DNA of 64,000 bases from Candidatus Poribacteria bacterium (GCA_022821965.1 JAJECN010000015.1:54785-118784); one strand, 5' to 3'. Shown: positions 38,685 through 50,264, counted from the first letter of the stretch. Numbers and translations are program-made. Notes: generated by a model from the letters alone, not told the origin.

Positions 38685-39734
38685 ATGAGCAAAACGAGAA
38701 AAGTCGTCATGATGAATGAGGCAGGACGTATCTGGACGGAGGAGCAGGAAACGCCTGCGCCGAAACCGGGGCAGCTGTTGGTTGAAGTTCGCGCCTCAAT
38801 GGTGAGTCCGGGTACGGAACTCGGTGGTGTTAAAGGACGACGCGAGAATCCAGGTTCTGAAACACGGCAACGTCCATTTGGATATACCAACGCTGGTGTT
38901 GTTGTGGGTAAAGAAGGCGATTGCGACGAATTTGAGATCGGCGATAGGGTGGCTGGTATGGGCGGTGGATACGCACTTCACGCCACGTCCGCTTGTATAC
39001 CACACAATCTGTGTGCGAAGGTTCCGGATAATGTCACCAGTGAGGAAGCCGCTTCTATTCATCTTGCTGCAACCGCTTTGCATGCCGTGCAACGCGGGCG
39101 TATCCGTATCGGCGAAAACGTTGTCGTCGCAGGTTTGGGGATCGTTGGGCAATTTGCGTGCCAGATAGCCAAAACCGCGGGTGCCTACGTTATCGGTTTA
39201 GACCAATTGCCATTACGGATCGGTATCGCCGAGAAAGCCGGTGTACACCGCGCCATAAACGTATCTGAAACGGATCCAATTCCCATCTCAACGGAATTCA
39301 CCAACGGCTACGGTATGGATTGTGGGATTATCGCCTTCGGTGGTGATGCAACGAGCGCGTTTCAGCAGATCCGGGCAATGCTGAAGACAGCACCGGATAC
39401 ACACAAAGTTGGGCGGATTGTCATCGTTGGGGGTGCGAACATTACACACGGTTTCGCAGCAGGACTTGGTAATGTAGATGTTATCAGTGCCGCACGTACC
39501 GGACCCGGCTACCACGACGAGGATTATGAACACGGCGCGGATTATCCACCGGTGTTTGTTCCGTGGCCCACACAACGCAACTTGGAATTATCACTGCGAC
39601 TGATGTCGGAGGGCAAAATTCAGGTGAACCCGTTGATTACGGATGTTGTGCCAATTGACCAAGCCTCCGAGGCATGCGAGAAATTAATCCAAACGCCGAA
39701 CGAGGCGTTGGGTGTCGTCTTCTTAATGCAATAA
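38685..39734 (+). CDS. MDR-family zinc-type alcohol dehydrogenase-like oxidoreductase
   Basis: GroES-like N-terminal domain followed by a Rossmann GLGIVG motif; 349 aa. Confidence 0.7.
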   Translation: MSKTRKVVMMNEAGRIWTEEQETPAPKPGQLLVEVRASMVSPGTELGGVKGRRENPGSETRQRPFGYTNAGVVVGKEGDCDEFEIGDRVAGMGGGYALHATSACIPHNLCAKVPDNVTSEEAASIHLAATALHAVQRGRIRIGENVVVAGLGIVGQFACQIAKTAGAYVIGLDQLPLRIGIAEKAGVHRAINVSETDPIPISTEFTNGYGMDCGIIAFGGDATSAFQQIRAMLKTAPDTHKVGRIVIVGGANITHGFAAGLGNVDVISAARTGPGYHDEDYEHGADYPPVFVPWPTQRNLELSLRLMSEGKIQVNPLITDVVPIDQASEACEKLIQTPNEALGVVFLMQ

Positions 39735-39875
39735 CCGATTTGAACTTACACAATTTACACCAGCATAAAAAAATGTCCAAAATCAGCAGCACTGCAACAA
39801 CGGCAGCAGTGCGGATCTGAAAGGTGGGGCTGTACGTCAAGTGATCCTAACAATTCGCTTGCGCCAGTTGAAAAT

Positions 39876-41093
39876 ATGGAAATTAGAGGAGCGCGTGAAT
39901 CAGAGTTAGAACAGGTCGTTGAACTGTGTTGTGTGGCGTTTAACCCCGACGGTCATGAACGCTATTGGCAATACGTCCAAGGCGATAGCAGCTATAGACT
40001 TCCGCAAACCCGTGTCGTCGTAGTGAACGACACGGTTGTATCAACCTTGCGCGTCTGGGAACGACGGATGCGGGTCGGTGCATCCCTTGTAACCATGGGT
40101 GGTATTGGCGGTGTCTGTACACATCCGAATTATCGCGGTGTCGGATACGCGTCTGCGCTCATGCGCGATACAATTGATTATCTGCGAGCAACCGGATGTG
40201 ATCTTGGTGTGCTGTTTACGATTATTCCAGAGGTGTTTTACCGTCGATTGGGATGGACCTCTTTGCCGCTACACGGCTTCAATATAACGTACAACACCTC
40301 AACGCGCGAGACGGATTCATCGGAGTGGCAAATAATCGACTTTAACCCAGAAACGGATTTAGACGCAGTCGCAGCACTATACGATCTTGCCAACGCTAAG
40401 CAGAGCGGAACTATCGCGCGGACGCGCGCGTATTGGGATATGGCACCGTCACGCATCCGCGGTGTTCTTCCGACCGTGGTTGCCCATCAAAATGGACATA
40501 TCGGCGGGTATCTTAACTATGGGATAGGCGAAAAACGTGCGGAAGTGTGTGAAGTGGGATACGCACCGGATAACCCTCCGGTTTTGGACGCGCTCGTATC
40601 CCATTTTTTACAAGCGTGTGAATCACAAAAGGTTGAAAAAATAAACGGCAGATTTCCGTCTCAGCATCCGTTTGTAGAACGCCTGATAGCGGAGGTTGAC
40701 AGTCCGGGAACCCCAACAGAATACACGAGAATGATGCTCTATGCTGTAAATCTACCGGTGCTTTTGCGGCGCCTTGTGGTGGGATGGGAATCGCAAATTG
40801 CGGATGCCGAAGAGACGTTTGCACCACTTGCGGTCAAACTGCCTGTTTTTAATAATCAACAGATAGTTCTGCGACACAATGCCGATGGCACACTCCAAAT
40901 TGTTCCTGAAGATGCCGACGCTGTTGACTTAGGAGTAGACCTAACCGAAGCAGATTATTGGCAACTTCTATTCGGCGAAATAGGGTGGGAGCATATAAGC
41001 TCTGACGCTTCGGTCTCTCCAGAAATCTCGGCGTTCTTGGAGACGCTGTTTCCCAAACGCGATGTCATCTTCTGGAATCCAGACCAGTATTGA
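39876..41093 (+). CDS. Eis-like GNAT N-acetyltransferase (GNAT + SCP2-like C-terminal domain)
   Basis: Motifs RVWERRMRVGASLVTMGGIGGVCTHPNYRGVGYASALM. 405 aa, typical of the Eis family. Confidence 0.65.
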   Translation: MEIRGARESELEQVVELCCVAFNPDGHERYWQYVQGDSSYRLPQTRVVVVNDTVVSTLRVWERRMRVGASLVTMGGIGGVCTHPNYRGVGYASALMRDTIDYLRATGCDLGVLFTIIPEVFYRRLGWTSLPLHGFNITYNTSTRETDSSEWQIIDFNPETDLDAVAALYDLANAKQSGTIARTRAYWDMAPSRIRGVLPTVVAHQNGHIGGYLNYGIGEKRAEVCEVGYAPDNPPVLDALVSHFLQACESQKVEKINGRFPSQHPFVERLIAEVDSPGTPTEYTRMMLYAVNLPVLLRRLVVGWESQIADAEETFAPLAVKLPVFNNQQIVLRHNADGTLQIVPEDADAVDLGVDLTEADYWQLLFGEIGWEHISSDASVSPEISAFLETLFPKRDVIFWNPDQY

Positions 41094-41108
41094 GAAAACG
41101 AGGAAACA

Positions 41109-41492
41109 ATGAATACATCATTTGAAAGACCTTACAGACCTGTAGATCTAAATACATCATTGACGAAGTCATTTCCACTTGTGTCAATGGCTGAAAAACT
41201 CATGGAAGAAGCCGCATTCGCTACATCAGGTCGATCCTCGTTGACACTCGCCCGTGGGGACGAACTGACTGTTGTGCTGGTTGTTTTGAAAGCCGGAACT
41301 ACGCTTGAGGAGCATTCGGCACCCGCCGCTGCTGCCGTCGTTACGCTTAGCGGAAGCATCATATTTACAACAAGTGCTGATAAAATAACACTGGAACAGG
41401 GGGACGGTGTTACCTTCACCGATGACATTCTTCACAGTGTCTATGCGAGCGAAGATAGTGCGTTCCTTATTGTGATTGGCGGAAACAGTTAG
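41109..41492 (+). CDS. cupin domain protein
   Basis: 127-aa small beta-barrel pattern with SD GAGGAAA. Confidence 0.5.
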   Translation: MNTSFERPYRPVDLNTSLTKSFPLVSMAEKLMEEAAFATSGRSSLTLARGDELTVVLVVLKAGTTLEEHSAPAAAAVVTLSGSIIFTTSADKITLEQGDGVTFTDDILHSVYASEDSAFLIVIGGNS

Positions 41493-41535
41493 ATGTCACA
41501 CAACGGAACACTGAAGATGGTAAAGATACCGCGGG

Positions 41536-42474
41536 ATGGTTAAAAGGATGGAGCGTAGAAGTAAAAGCAATTCCGAGTCTCGAAAAGGTGGCACGCAAAC
41601 GAGCGCGTTCGGAACATCGGGTAGAATTAACCACGACGCAAGCGAGTTTTATGGGGGCAAACTCTACGCTGATCAGGAACTTCCGGAACCCGACGACTGG
41701 ACGGAAAACACGATTCCCACTGAAAACCTCAATCAACTCTATTGTACATCCAGCACAGACATGTCTGCAATTCCAGATGCCAGCGTCCACCTGATGGTTA
41801 CATCCCCACCTTACAATGTCAAAAAGGAATACGACGACGATCTGTCGCTCGCAGAATATAGGGAACTTCTCTATGCTGTTTTTGCTGAAACCTACGAAAA
41901 ATTGGTTACCGGCGGCAGGGCGTGTATTAATATTGCCAACTTAGGGCGGAAACCCTACATCCCACTGCATAGTTACATCATAGAGGACATGTTAACAATA
42001 GGTTACCACATGCGAGGTGAAATCATCTGGGATAAAGCCTCAAGTGCAGGGAGTTCAACGGCGTGGGGGAGTTGGTTATCGGCGGCAAATCCGGTGTTGA
42101 GAGACGTTCATGAATACATCCTTGTTTTCTCCAAAGACTCCTTTTCTCGGAAACGCAACGGGAAAGATAATTCGATTTGCAAAGAGGATTTCTTGGAGTG
42201 GACAAAAAGCGTTTGGGATTTTCCTGCCGTTTCAGCCAAACGCATCGGTCATCCCGCGCCTTTTCCCGAAGAACTACCGCACCGGTTAATTCAACTCTAT
42301 ACCTTTGTAGGAGATGTCGTCTTGGATCCGTTCTGTGGCAGCGGCACCACGTGCTTGAGTGCATTGAAATCGGGAAGGCACTATATCGGATACGATATTG
42401 AGGAGAAATATATAAAACTGGCAAACGAGCGGATCCAGCAGTATACCGATCAGCCGCATTTACCAGTTTTTTAA
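41536..42474 (+). CDS. beta-class N6-adenine/N4-cytosine DNA methyltransferase (orphan)
   Basis: Motif IV TSPPY lies upstream of motif I DPFCGSGTT. No restriction endonuclease gene is adjacent. Confidence 0.8.
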   Translation: MVKRMERRSKSNSESRKGGTQTSAFGTSGRINHDASEFYGGKLYADQELPEPDDWTENTIPTENLNQLYCTSSTDMSAIPDASVHLMVTSPPYNVKKEYDDDLSLAEYRELLYAVFAETYEKLVTGGRACINIANLGRKPYIPLHSYIIEDMLTIGYHMRGEIIWDKASSAGSSTAWGSWLSAANPVLRDVHEYILVFSKDSFSRKRNGKDNSICKEDFLEWTKSVWDFPAVSAKRIGHPAPFPEELPHRLIQLYTFVGDVVLDPFCGSGTTCLSALKSGRHYIGYDIEEKYIKLANERIQQYTDQPHLPVF

Positions 42475-42545
42475 CAAACAATTGGACTTTGCTTTGATCT
42501 CATTAGAAACCGATAATATTACCGACGGGTAGACATAGCAGAAGT

Positions 42546-44864
42546 TTATGACGAAAGAACTAAAATTGCGTATGTTTTCCCTGCTTCGGTTTTAAACCTA
42601 ATAACCGAATCCAATTGTTCTGTATCAACCGATGCGCCATCACACGTTACCGAGACAGCGGTATCTGTCCGTAGGGTGCAGTCTCGCCCAAGCGAGGAAT
42701 GAAGTTTCGCTTCGGTGAGTTGTCCATTTTCCCATGCCATCTCCACCTCAAATCCACCGCGGGCGCGCAACCCTTTGAGGCTTCCAGTGTGCCACGCCTT
42801 TGGAAGCGCGGGCAGCAGGTGAACCTCTCCTGCATGACTTTGAAGCAACATCTCGGCGATGCCGGAAGTGCCGCCGAAATTGCCATCGATCTGGAAAGGT
42901 GGATGTGTATCGAAAAGGTTCGTCAGGGTACATTTCGCCAGGAGTGCTTGGAGGTGGGTATACGCTTCCTCAGCGTCCTCAAGTCGTGCCCAGAAGTTCA
43001 CAAGCCACGCCCGGCTCCAGCCTGTGTGTCCACCACCGTGTGCCAACCGATACTCTAACGATTTTTTTGCTGCCGCCGCCAACGCCGGTGTGCCTCGCAG
43101 CGTAATCTGACAACTTGGGTGGAGTCCATACATGTGGGACATGTGTCGGTGTCCCGGTTCCGGTTCGTCGTAATCAAACACCCACTCCTGCAACCGTCCT
43201 GTTTTCTCGCTAATCTGAAGCGGCGCGAGTCGTTCCAGGGCGGAAGCCAACTCAGCGCGGAACTCAGCATCGCTGCCGAGGATATCGATGCAGGCAATGC
43301 AGTTGCTGAAAAGTTCATGGATAATCTCCAAGTCCATCGTCGCAGCATAGGTGAAAAGGGAACGCGTGCCGTCAGGCTTCAGAAAACTATTTTCGGGTGA
43401 GTGCGATGGGTTCGTGACGAGCTTACCGGCGAGGGGTGTGCCTTCCGGTGCCTCAACAAGGAAATCGAGGATGAAACGGGCGGCACCTTTCATCAGTGGG
43501 TAGCCCTGATTTGCGAGGAATTCCTTATCTCCACTGAAAAGGTAGTGTTCCCACACATGCCCGCACAACCACGCGGCACCAACAGGCCAGATGCCCCAGA
43601 TGCCGTCAGCAGGTGTTGTGAAACCCCATACATCTGAAAGGTGGTGGACCACCCAACCCTCAGCCCCGTAATGACATTTCGCGGTGCGATTTCCCGGTTC
43701 AACGAGCGTATCCATGTAATTAAACAGCGGTAGGTGGCACTCTGGAAGGTTGCAAACTTCAGGAACCCAATAGTTCATCTGGAGGTTGATATTGGTATGG
43801 AAATCGCTGTTCCAAGGTGCGTTCATGTGCTCATTCCAGATGCCTTGCAAATTCGCAGGCAGACATCCTGGACGCGAGCTTCCCATCATCAGGTAGCGTC
43901 CGTATTGAAAATAAAGTGTAATAAGTGCTGGATCTGATGCCCCTGCTTTCACGGCTTCCAGGCGTTCATCGGTGGGTAGATTTGCTCCGTCAGTAGAGCC
44001 GAAATCGAGATCTACCCGTTGGAAGAGGGATTGATGCTCAGCGATATGGTCTGCTCGAATTGTAGCGTAAGACTTTGTCTCAATATCTGCAAGATAATTT
44101 TCGCAAAGTGCATGCGGGTTTCCACTTGCATCTGTCTGATTTACGTAACTCGTCGCAGCGGCGAGCAAAAGTGTTACAGCGTTTGCACCTCGCACAGAAA
44201 GTCGGTCGCCTGCTGATTGCTCTTCTCCGCCCTCAAAATACATCTGTAGATAAGCCGAAAAGTGCATACCGTCGTCGCCGCACTGTCCATCAAGCCGAAG
44301 GATATTCGCAGCAATTGCTTCAACGGTGGCATCCTGTTCTCGTGTCATCGTCACGTCGAAAGTGAGTTGTCCTACCGCATCGGATTCAATTCTTATAACA
44401 ATGAGATTGTCCACTGCCGTTACGAAAACTTCTCTGCTAAAATTGACATTGCCGTGACGATAGGTCGTCCGAGCGATACCTGTGTCTAAATCTAATTCTC
44501 GACGGTATTCAGTAGGATCGCCATCATGCTCGAATTCCAGAAACAGATCGCCCAGGGATTGATAGGATTTGATGCGTTCTGGTATGCCGAGCATCGTTTC
44601 GCCAGCAAGCTGAGTCGCTTCTTCGTTTTTATCGTCAAAGAGCAGCTGCTGGACTTTCGGGAGTGCGTCTAAAGCGTTTGGGTTGTTGGTATCACGAGGA
44701 CCACCGTCCCAAAGGGTTTCCTCGTTAAGTTGGATACGTTCTTGTTTAATACCACCAAACACCATAGCACCAAGCCGCCCGTTTCCAACGGGTAATGCGT
44801 CTGTCCATGCTTGGGCTGGTTCCTGATACCATAAAACGAGATTATTTATGTTTTTGTTTGTCAT
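42546..44864 (-). CDS. glycoside hydrolase family 95 (alpha-L-fucosidase-like)
   Basis: N-terminus [27 protein letters not shown]...EETLWDGGP. 772 aa. SD GGAGGG. Confidence 0.8.
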   Translation of the reverse strand: MTNKNINNLVLWYQEPAQAWTDALPVGNGRLGAMVFGGIKQERIQLNEETLWDGGPRDTNNPNALDALPKVQQLLFDDKNEEATQLAGETMLGIPERIKSYQSLGDLFLEFEHDGDPTEYRRELDLDTGIARTTYRHGNVNFSREVFVTAVDNLIVIRIESDAVGQLTFDVTMTREQDATVEAIAANILRLDGQCGDDGMHFSAYLQMYFEGGEEQSAGDRLSVRGANAVTLLLAAATSYVNQTDASGNPHALCENYLADIETKSYATIRADHIAEHQSLFQRVDLDFGSTDGANLPTDERLEAVKAGASDPALITLYFQYGRYLMMGSSRPGCLPANLQGIWNEHMNAPWNSDFHTNINLQMNYWVPEVCNLPECHLPLFNYMDTLVEPGNRTAKCHYGAEGWVVHHLSDVWGFTTPADGIWGIWPVGAAWLCGHVWEHYLFSGDKEFLANQGYPLMKGAARFILDFLVEAPEGTPLAGKLVTNPSHSPENSFLKPDGTRSLFTYAATMDLEIIHELFSNCIACIDILGSDAEFRAELASALERLAPLQISEKTGRLQEWVFDYDEPEPGHRHMSHMYGLHPSCQITLRGTPALAAAAKKSLEYRLAHGGGHTGWSRAWLVNFWARLEDAEEAYTHLQALLAKCTLTNLFDTHPPFQIDGNFGGTSGIAEMLLQSHAGEVHLLPALPKAWHTGSLKGLRARGGFEVEMAWENGQLTEAKLHSSLGRDCTLRTDTAVSVTCDGASVDTEQLDSVIRFKTEAGKTYAILVLSS

Positions 44865-44947
44865 TCGCCCTCCGTTGTGTTAAGAAAAATAGTCGTCATC
44901 TGTAACAAAAGCGAGAAATCCACATGAGACGTAAACCTTGGAGGCTA

Positions 44948-45886
44948 TTACCATACCCATCCTCTTCGCTCCCGGTGACCGCATAGTACCTTCACTGTCT
45001 CATGTGCTTTTTTCTCTGCCGCAATATGCAAGGGGGTATGACCTTTATCATTCTCCGCACTGGTATCAGCCCCATTTTCTAACAACACCACCGCCGTTTC
45101 GTATGCATTGTGCTGCGCGGCAATGTGCAAAGGAGTGTCGCCTTTTTCGTCTTTTGTGTTAACATCAGCCCCGTTTTTTAACAACACCATCGCTACTTCA
45201 GAAGTATCATCCTCGGCAGTAATGTGCAAGGGGGTGTGACCTTTATCATTCTTCGCGTTGGCATCAGCACCACTTCTCAGTAGTGCCATCGCTGTCTCAT
45301 AAGCGTTACGCCACGCTGCCCAGTGCAGGAGGGTATAACCAGATTTATTCCTCGGATTGACTCCGGTTTTGTCTTCCAGTGATGACCCTTCCACCTCATA
45401 GACATTGCGCCACGCTGCCCAGTGCAGAGGTGTATCGCCATCTTCATTCTTCACGTTGACATCAGCCCCATTTTCTAACAACACTACCGCTGTCTCATGC
45501 GCATTGTTCCATGCGGTCCAATGTAAAGGCGTAAAATCCTTGTCGTTCTTAGCATTGGCATCGGCACCGTTTTCTAATAGCACCACTGCTGCTTCAGAAG
45601 CATTGTGCCATGCCGCCCAGTGCAAGGCTGGATACCCATATTTGTCCTTCGCGTTGACATCAGCCCCATTTTCTAATAACGCTGCTACTGCTTCAGAAGC
45701 ATTGTCTCGCGCTGCATCATGCAACGAAGTGTAGCCGAGTGTGACCACACGTGCAACTGATGAATTTGTCCCCGATCCTGAAGTCCTTCCTACGATCTTA
45801 TCACGCTCTTCAAGACGCGAATCGGGGGGTTTGTCAACTGTGGTTCCAGATTTCGACGTATCAGATACATCTTGTTGCTTACACAC
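44948..45886 (-). CDS. ankyrin-repeat protein
   Basis: About 8 ANK repeats (TPLHWAAWNNAHETAVVLLENGADVN). GTG start with SD AAGGAGG. Confidence 0.8.
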   Translation of the reverse strand: MCKQQDVSDTSKSGTTVDKPPDSRLEERDKIVGRTSGSGTNSSVARVVTLGYTSLHDAARDNASEAVAALLENGADVNAKDKYGYPALHWAAWHNASEAAVVLLENGADANAKNDKDFTPLHWTAWNNAHETAVVLLENGADVNVKNEDGDTPLHWAAWRNVYEVEGSSLEDKTGVNPRNKSGYTLLHWAAWRNAYETAMALLRSGADANAKNDKGHTPLHITAEDDTSEVAMVLLKNGADVNTKDEKGDTPLHIAAQHNAYETAVVLLENGADTSAENDKGHTPLHIAAEKKAHETVKVLCGHRERRGWVW

Positions 45887-45982
45887 AATAGCAACCTCCT
45901 TTTTTTAGGGTAGGATTCTGTACAGAAAATGTCTATATGTTTTTTGCTTTGCCATAAGTGTAACATATACGGGACAAAAATA

Positions 45983-47263
45983 CTATAACCTCTGCCATGG
46001 CATACTGCCTGCTTTCTGTGTTTCCGCCTGAAATAGTTGACCCATTTCTCTGAAAAGATCCTTTTGTGTCGAGGCACCGTTCGTCGTTTCCAACGGATCA
46101 CTTGATAAATCGTAGAGTTCTAACGGTTCAAAGGGGCTGTTATGTAACAACTTAATATCCCCACGCCGGACCGCGTGTTGAGATTCCCCAAGAAACCTTT
46201 GACCACCTTCCCTGCGCAGCCAGTAAAGGATACGCTCAGAGAAATCCTGCTGTTCTCCTTGGAGTGTCTGCCAGATTGAGCGTCCTTCAATATCGTCTGG
46301 AATCGGCGCGCCTGCTACCTCACACACTGTCGGGAGGAGGTCCATGAGCAACGCGACCTGATCGGTGACGTGTCCCTCAGGAATATGTCCGGGCCACATC
46401 GCGCATGTCGGGACTCGGATGCCCCCTTCGTACATTTCTCCCTTTTGCCCACGCAGGGGACCATTGTGTGCCCCGACATCTATTGATCCGCCGTTGTCAG
46501 AGGTGTAGATAACGAGTGTGTTGGACAACTGATCGGTTTCTACAAGTGTATCAAGCACACGTCCAATGCCAGCATCCATGTGCTCAACGAGAGCGATATA
46601 TTTTGCGCGTTGTGGTGATATATCCGGCTCACGTTCCTGCACGCGCGCAATCCATTCGTCAGGCGGTTGGATCGGTGTATGCGGCGCGTTGTAGGCAAGA
46701 TATAGGAAAAAAGGTTCAGACGATTGGGTTTGCGCACGAATGAAGTCCATACTCCATTCTGTAAAGAGATCTGTGGCGTGTCCTCTTGGATCGATGGTGT
46801 CAAAACCTTGCCGCATATAATTTATATTGTGTCGGAGGTGTGTATAGTAGTCGTCCATCATATCGCCGAGAAAACCGTGAAAATGATCGAATCCGCGTTT
46901 GCACGGGTGGTTCTCCGGTTCAAGTCCGAGGTGCCATTTGCCAATAAGCGCAGTCCGATAATCCTTCTGTTTCAAAACTGAAGGAAGTGTAACAGTGTCT
47001 TGTCGAAAGTAGCCCCAACTGTTTTCTGGGTGAGTGCGGATTACCCCTGGCACGCCAACTCTGTCTGGGTAGCGTCCAGTCATAAGGGAGGCTCTGCTGG
47101 GGGAGCAGACAGAGGAATTCGCATAAAATTTAGTGAACCGCGTCCCCTCTGCAGCAATCCGATCAATATTTGGGGTTTGAATTGATGGACCCCCGTGTGC
47201 CGAAATATCGCCATAGCCGTGATCGTCCGCGAGAATCAGCAAGACGTTAGGCAATTTTGTCAT
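45983..47263 (-). CDS. arylsulfatase (formylglycine-dependent), no signal peptide
   Basis: LILADDHGYGD and the CSPSRASLMTGR (C-x-P-x-R) FGly motif. Confidence 0.85.
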   Translation of the reverse strand: MTKLPNVLLILADDHGYGDISAHGGPSIQTPNIDRIAAEGTRFTKFYANSSVCSPSRASLMTGRYPDRVGVPGVIRTHPENSWGYFRQDTVTLPSVLKQKDYRTALIGKWHLGLEPENHPCKRGFDHFHGFLGDMMDDYYTHLRHNINYMRQGFDTIDPRGHATDLFTEWSMDFIRAQTQSSEPFFLYLAYNAPHTPIQPPDEWIARVQEREPDISPQRAKYIALVEHMDAGIGRVLDTLVETDQLSNTLVIYTSDNGGSIDVGAHNGPLRGQKGEMYEGGIRVPTCAMWPGHIPEGHVTDQVALLMDLLPTVCEVAGAPIPDDIEGRSIWQTLQGEQQDFSERILYWLRREGGQRFLGESQHAVRRGDIKLLHNSPFEPLELYDLSSDPLETTNGASTQKDLFREMGQLFQAETQKAGSMPWQRL

Positions 47264-47320
47264 AGTTTTCTCCGTAAGTATATTATAATGTGGCGTGCAT
47301 AGTAATATCGTATTAATTTT

Positions 47321-48469
47321 TCAATTCACGAACTCACACCATGCAGCAGGAACGCCTACTGGCGCGCCAATTGGCGAAGCTTGGAGTTCTGAGGCATCTA
47401 TGTTCTCCAAACTATCGGTTAATATCGACAGATTGGTATGTGCCTCTGGTAGGTTTTCTGCTTCAATCGCCACTTTGAATTCTACAATTGCGGCATCACG
47501 TTTACCTTGTTGATAGTAGGCAATCCCCAGATTGTTGTGTGCTTCAGCCATCGCACCAGCTGTCCTATGCGCAGCAATAGCCTCTTCAACTTTGCCTTGA
47601 TGGGAGTGAATAATTCCGAGATTCGTGTTTGCCTCTGGGGAATCTGGGGCACTGTGGAGTGCGCCTTCTAAAAGTACCTTTGCTTCATCAAACCTATTTT
47701 GACAGATGTAGACAAAAGCGAGATTGATTTGCACTTCCACTGAATCCGGTGCTATATCGAGTGCTTCTTTGTGCAATGCTATTGCTTCATCATGTTTTCC
47801 CTGCCAACTATAGACCAGTCCAAGGTTTGTATGTGGCTCTTCACCACCGTCGTTATCAATTGAAGTCTTAAACACATCAATAGCACGCTCAAGTTTTCCT
47901 TGAAAAAGATAAACAAGTCCGAGGTTGTTGTGGGGTTCCGCGAGGGTGGGATCGGTTTCCAATGCCTTTTGGTAAAGTTCAATTGCCTCATCAAACCGTC
48001 CTTGCCAACTATAAATCAGTCCAAGATTCAGTTTCGCTTCTCCGCCATCACCGAGTCGAATCGCCTTTTCTGAGGCAGTTATAGCAGCGTCCAGTTTTCC
48101 TTGGGAGATGTAGACGAACCCTAAGTTTGTGTATGCTTCAGCAGAATCTGGGTTGCACTGAAGGGCTGTCTCCAGCGATTGAAGTGCTTCTTTAAGCTGT
48201 CCTTGCCACGCATAAGCGACACCGAGATTAATGTGAGGTGCTGAAAGATTTGGATCAAGGTGACGAGCTTTGAGATGTAAGATGATTGCTTCATCCAACT
48301 CGCCTTCCCAACAACGCAAAGCACCCAAATTGGTGTGTGGTGCTGCCAGATCGGGTGCAAGACGAATTGCTTTATTTAGGGCAACTTTTGCTTCCTCAAG
48401 CCTTCCATGATCGATATCGTCATACGCCTGACGATTTAGTTCTCGTGCACGCTCAATATGCTCAGTCAT
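47321..48469 (-). CDS. TPR-repeat protein
   Basis: About 10 TPR units (AxxNLG..Y..QGK..EAI). Start at MTEHIE, with SD AAGGAA. Confidence 0.75.
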   Translation of the reverse strand: MTEHIERARELNRQAYDDIDHGRLEEAKVALNKAIRLAPDLAAPHTNLGALRCWEGELDEAIILHLKARHLDPNLSAPHINLGVAYAWQGQLKEALQSLETALQCNPDSAEAYTNLGFVYISQGKLDAAITASEKAIRLGDGGEAKLNLGLIYSWQGRFDEAIELYQKALETDPTLAEPHNNLGLVYLFQGKLERAIDVFKTSIDNDGGEEPHTNLGLVYSWQGKHDEAIALHKEALDIAPDSVEVQINLAFVYICQNRFDEAKVLLEGALHSAPDSPEANTNLGIIHSHQGKVEEAIAAHRTAGAMAEAHNNLGIAYYQQGKRDAAIVEFKVAIEAENLPEAHTNLSILTDSLENIDASELQASPIGAPVGVPAAWCEFVN

Positions 48470-48553
48470 GCTGTTTTCCTTACAGCAACCATCTACAAAA
48501 TGAATGCAGCCAGTCATTCGGGTAACGCACCGGCTGCACTCAGTTTATCTTGT

Positions 48554-49336
48554 CTATTGCCCGGATTTGATGCTTGCCCATGTAGTGGCAAGTTTGGCAG
48601 AAGGCTCAACGGGCAGTAGTGTTACGAGTCCTTTATCCATCAAATCCTTTATATCCTCTGCTTCCAGTACGGAAGCGAAAATTGCGACCTCATAAAGCAT
48701 GCCATCAAGTGTTTCTGAAGTGTTGTTGGTCCAACCACCGATATTAACATCAGTGTCATTCTGGGGACCCGGTTTACCCATCCCACCAACAGAACCAATT
48801 TCCTCAGCATTTTCGTAGATTTTGATGGTGTCCTTTGCGTCGTAAGTTGCGGTCATGTACAACCAAACATCCTTCTTGACGTTTCCTTGATTCCAAGCCC
48901 CTTTCCAACCGTCTCGCGCGAAATAGGCTTCCCAGCCGGTGCCGTTGCCGCTTGTCCTAAAGGCGTAATTTGCCACTGTTCCATTCGCAGGTCTTTTGCC
49001 GAGAATATGCCCAAAACCGTTCTCGGATTTGTTGACGTACACCCATGAAGTAATTGACCACGCCTTTTCCAGGTACATACTCTTGGAGTCCGGGATAATA
49101 ACCCGATCATTCTGCCCGTTTAAACTTAGAGCAGGTCCATCCGGCCCTTTGATCCATTTTCCGCCCTGAAGTTCACCGTGGTTGTCGTTCCCAGAAATAT
49201 CCTCGATTTTATCGCCTTTACCTTCGTCGAGTAACCAAATACCCCTTGCGGTTTCAAAGTCGATCTCCGCATAGGTTTGTACCGCGAAGGGCAGACTGAT
49301 GGCGATAATCGCTAAGCAAACTATAATGGATTTCAT
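48554..49336 (-). CDS. secreted LamG-like (concanavalin A-like lectin/glucanase) protein with VEPSAKLATTW C-terminal tail
   Basis: Signal peptide. Motif ALSLNGQNDRVIIPDS. Tandem paralog of the next gene, with an identical 5' UTR. Confidence 0.7.
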   Translation of the reverse strand: MKSIIVCLAIIAISLPFAVQTYAEIDFETARGIWLLDEGKGDKIEDISGNDNHGELQGGKWIKGPDGPALSLNGQNDRVIIPDSKSMYLEKAWSITSWVYVNKSENGFGHILGKRPANGTVANYAFRTSGNGTGWEAYFARDGWKGAWNQGNVKKDVWLYMTATYDAKDTIKIYENAEEIGSVGGMGKPGPQNDTDVNIGGWTNNTSETLDGMLYEVAIFASVLEAEDIKDLMDKGLVTLLPVEPSAKLATTWASIKSGQ

Positions 49337-49400
49337 TTTACCTCCTAAAGGTTAATTTACCATTAAGATGCATTTTGACCAAGCTGGCTTGCTTAATCTA

Positions 49401-50183
49401 TTATTGAGATTTGATATCTGCCCATTTAGTTGCGAGTTTGCCGGAAGGTTCAACGGCAGTGAGCAGGGATGGTATCCCATCCTCCATCAGATCGTTTATG
49501 TCTGCTTCTGCCAGCGCGACATCGAAAAGCGCGACCTCATAAAGCATACCGTCAAGTGTCTCTGAAGTGTTGTCTGTCCAACCGCCAATGTTGACATCCG
49601 TATCATTCCGAGGTGCCGGTCCACCCATCCCACTAACAGAACCGATTTCAGCTCCATTTTCGTAGATCTTGATGGTATCTTCTCCATCATAGGTTGCGGT
49701 CATGTACAACCAGACATCTTTCTTGACGCTTCCTTGATTCCAAGCACCTTTCCAACCGCCTCGCGAATAGTATGCTTCCCAGCCGGTGCCATTGCCGCTT
49801 GTCCTGAATGCGTAATTCGCCACCGTTCCAGATGCCGGTCTTTTGCCGAGAATATGTCCAAAACCGTTCTCGGTTGGATTCACAAAAGTCCATGCAGTGA
49901 TCGTCCACGCTTTCTCCAGATACAGGCTGTCGGAGTCGGCAATGATAACCCGATCATTTTGTCCATTTAAACTTAGGGCAGGACCACTTGGACCTTCGAC
50001 CCATTCTCCGCCTTGAAGTTCACCGTGATTTTCGTTGCCGGACATATCGGTGATAACATTGCCTTCACCTTCGTCGAGTAGCCAAATTCCCCTTGCTGTT
50101 CCAAGGTCAATCTCCGCATAAGTATGTACTGTGAAGGTCAGACTGATGGCAACGATCGCTAAACAAGCTATAATGGATTTCAT
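49401..50183 (-). CDS. secreted LamG-like protein with VEPSGKLATKW C-terminal tail
   Basis: About 75% aa identity to the 48554 gene, with the same 5' UTR and SD. Confidence 0.7.
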   Translation of the reverse strand: MKSIIACLAIVAISLTFTVHTYAEIDLGTARGIWLLDEGEGNVITDMSGNENHGELQGGEWVEGPSGPALSLNGQNDRVIIADSDSLYLEKAWTITAWTFVNPTENGFGHILGKRPASGTVANYAFRTSGNGTGWEAYYSRGGWKGAWNQGSVKKDVWLYMTATYDGEDTIKIYENGAEIGSVSGMGGPAPRNDTDVNIGGWTDNTSETLDGMLYEVALFDVALAEADINDLMEDGIPSLLTAVEPSGKLATKWADIKSQ

Positions 50184-50264
50184 TTTACCTCCTAAAGGTT
50201 AATTTACCATTAAGTTAAGATATGTTTTGACTAAATGTGTGTACGCTAATTAAAATCAATCAAC

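Noticed and set aside
49337-49400. Distinct regulatory element upstream of each LamG gene
   Set aside because: The identical ~35-nt 5' UTR (CTTAATGGTAAATTAACCTTTAGGAGGTAAA) is explained by tandem duplication of the whole gene including its UTR. No separate dyad is evident.
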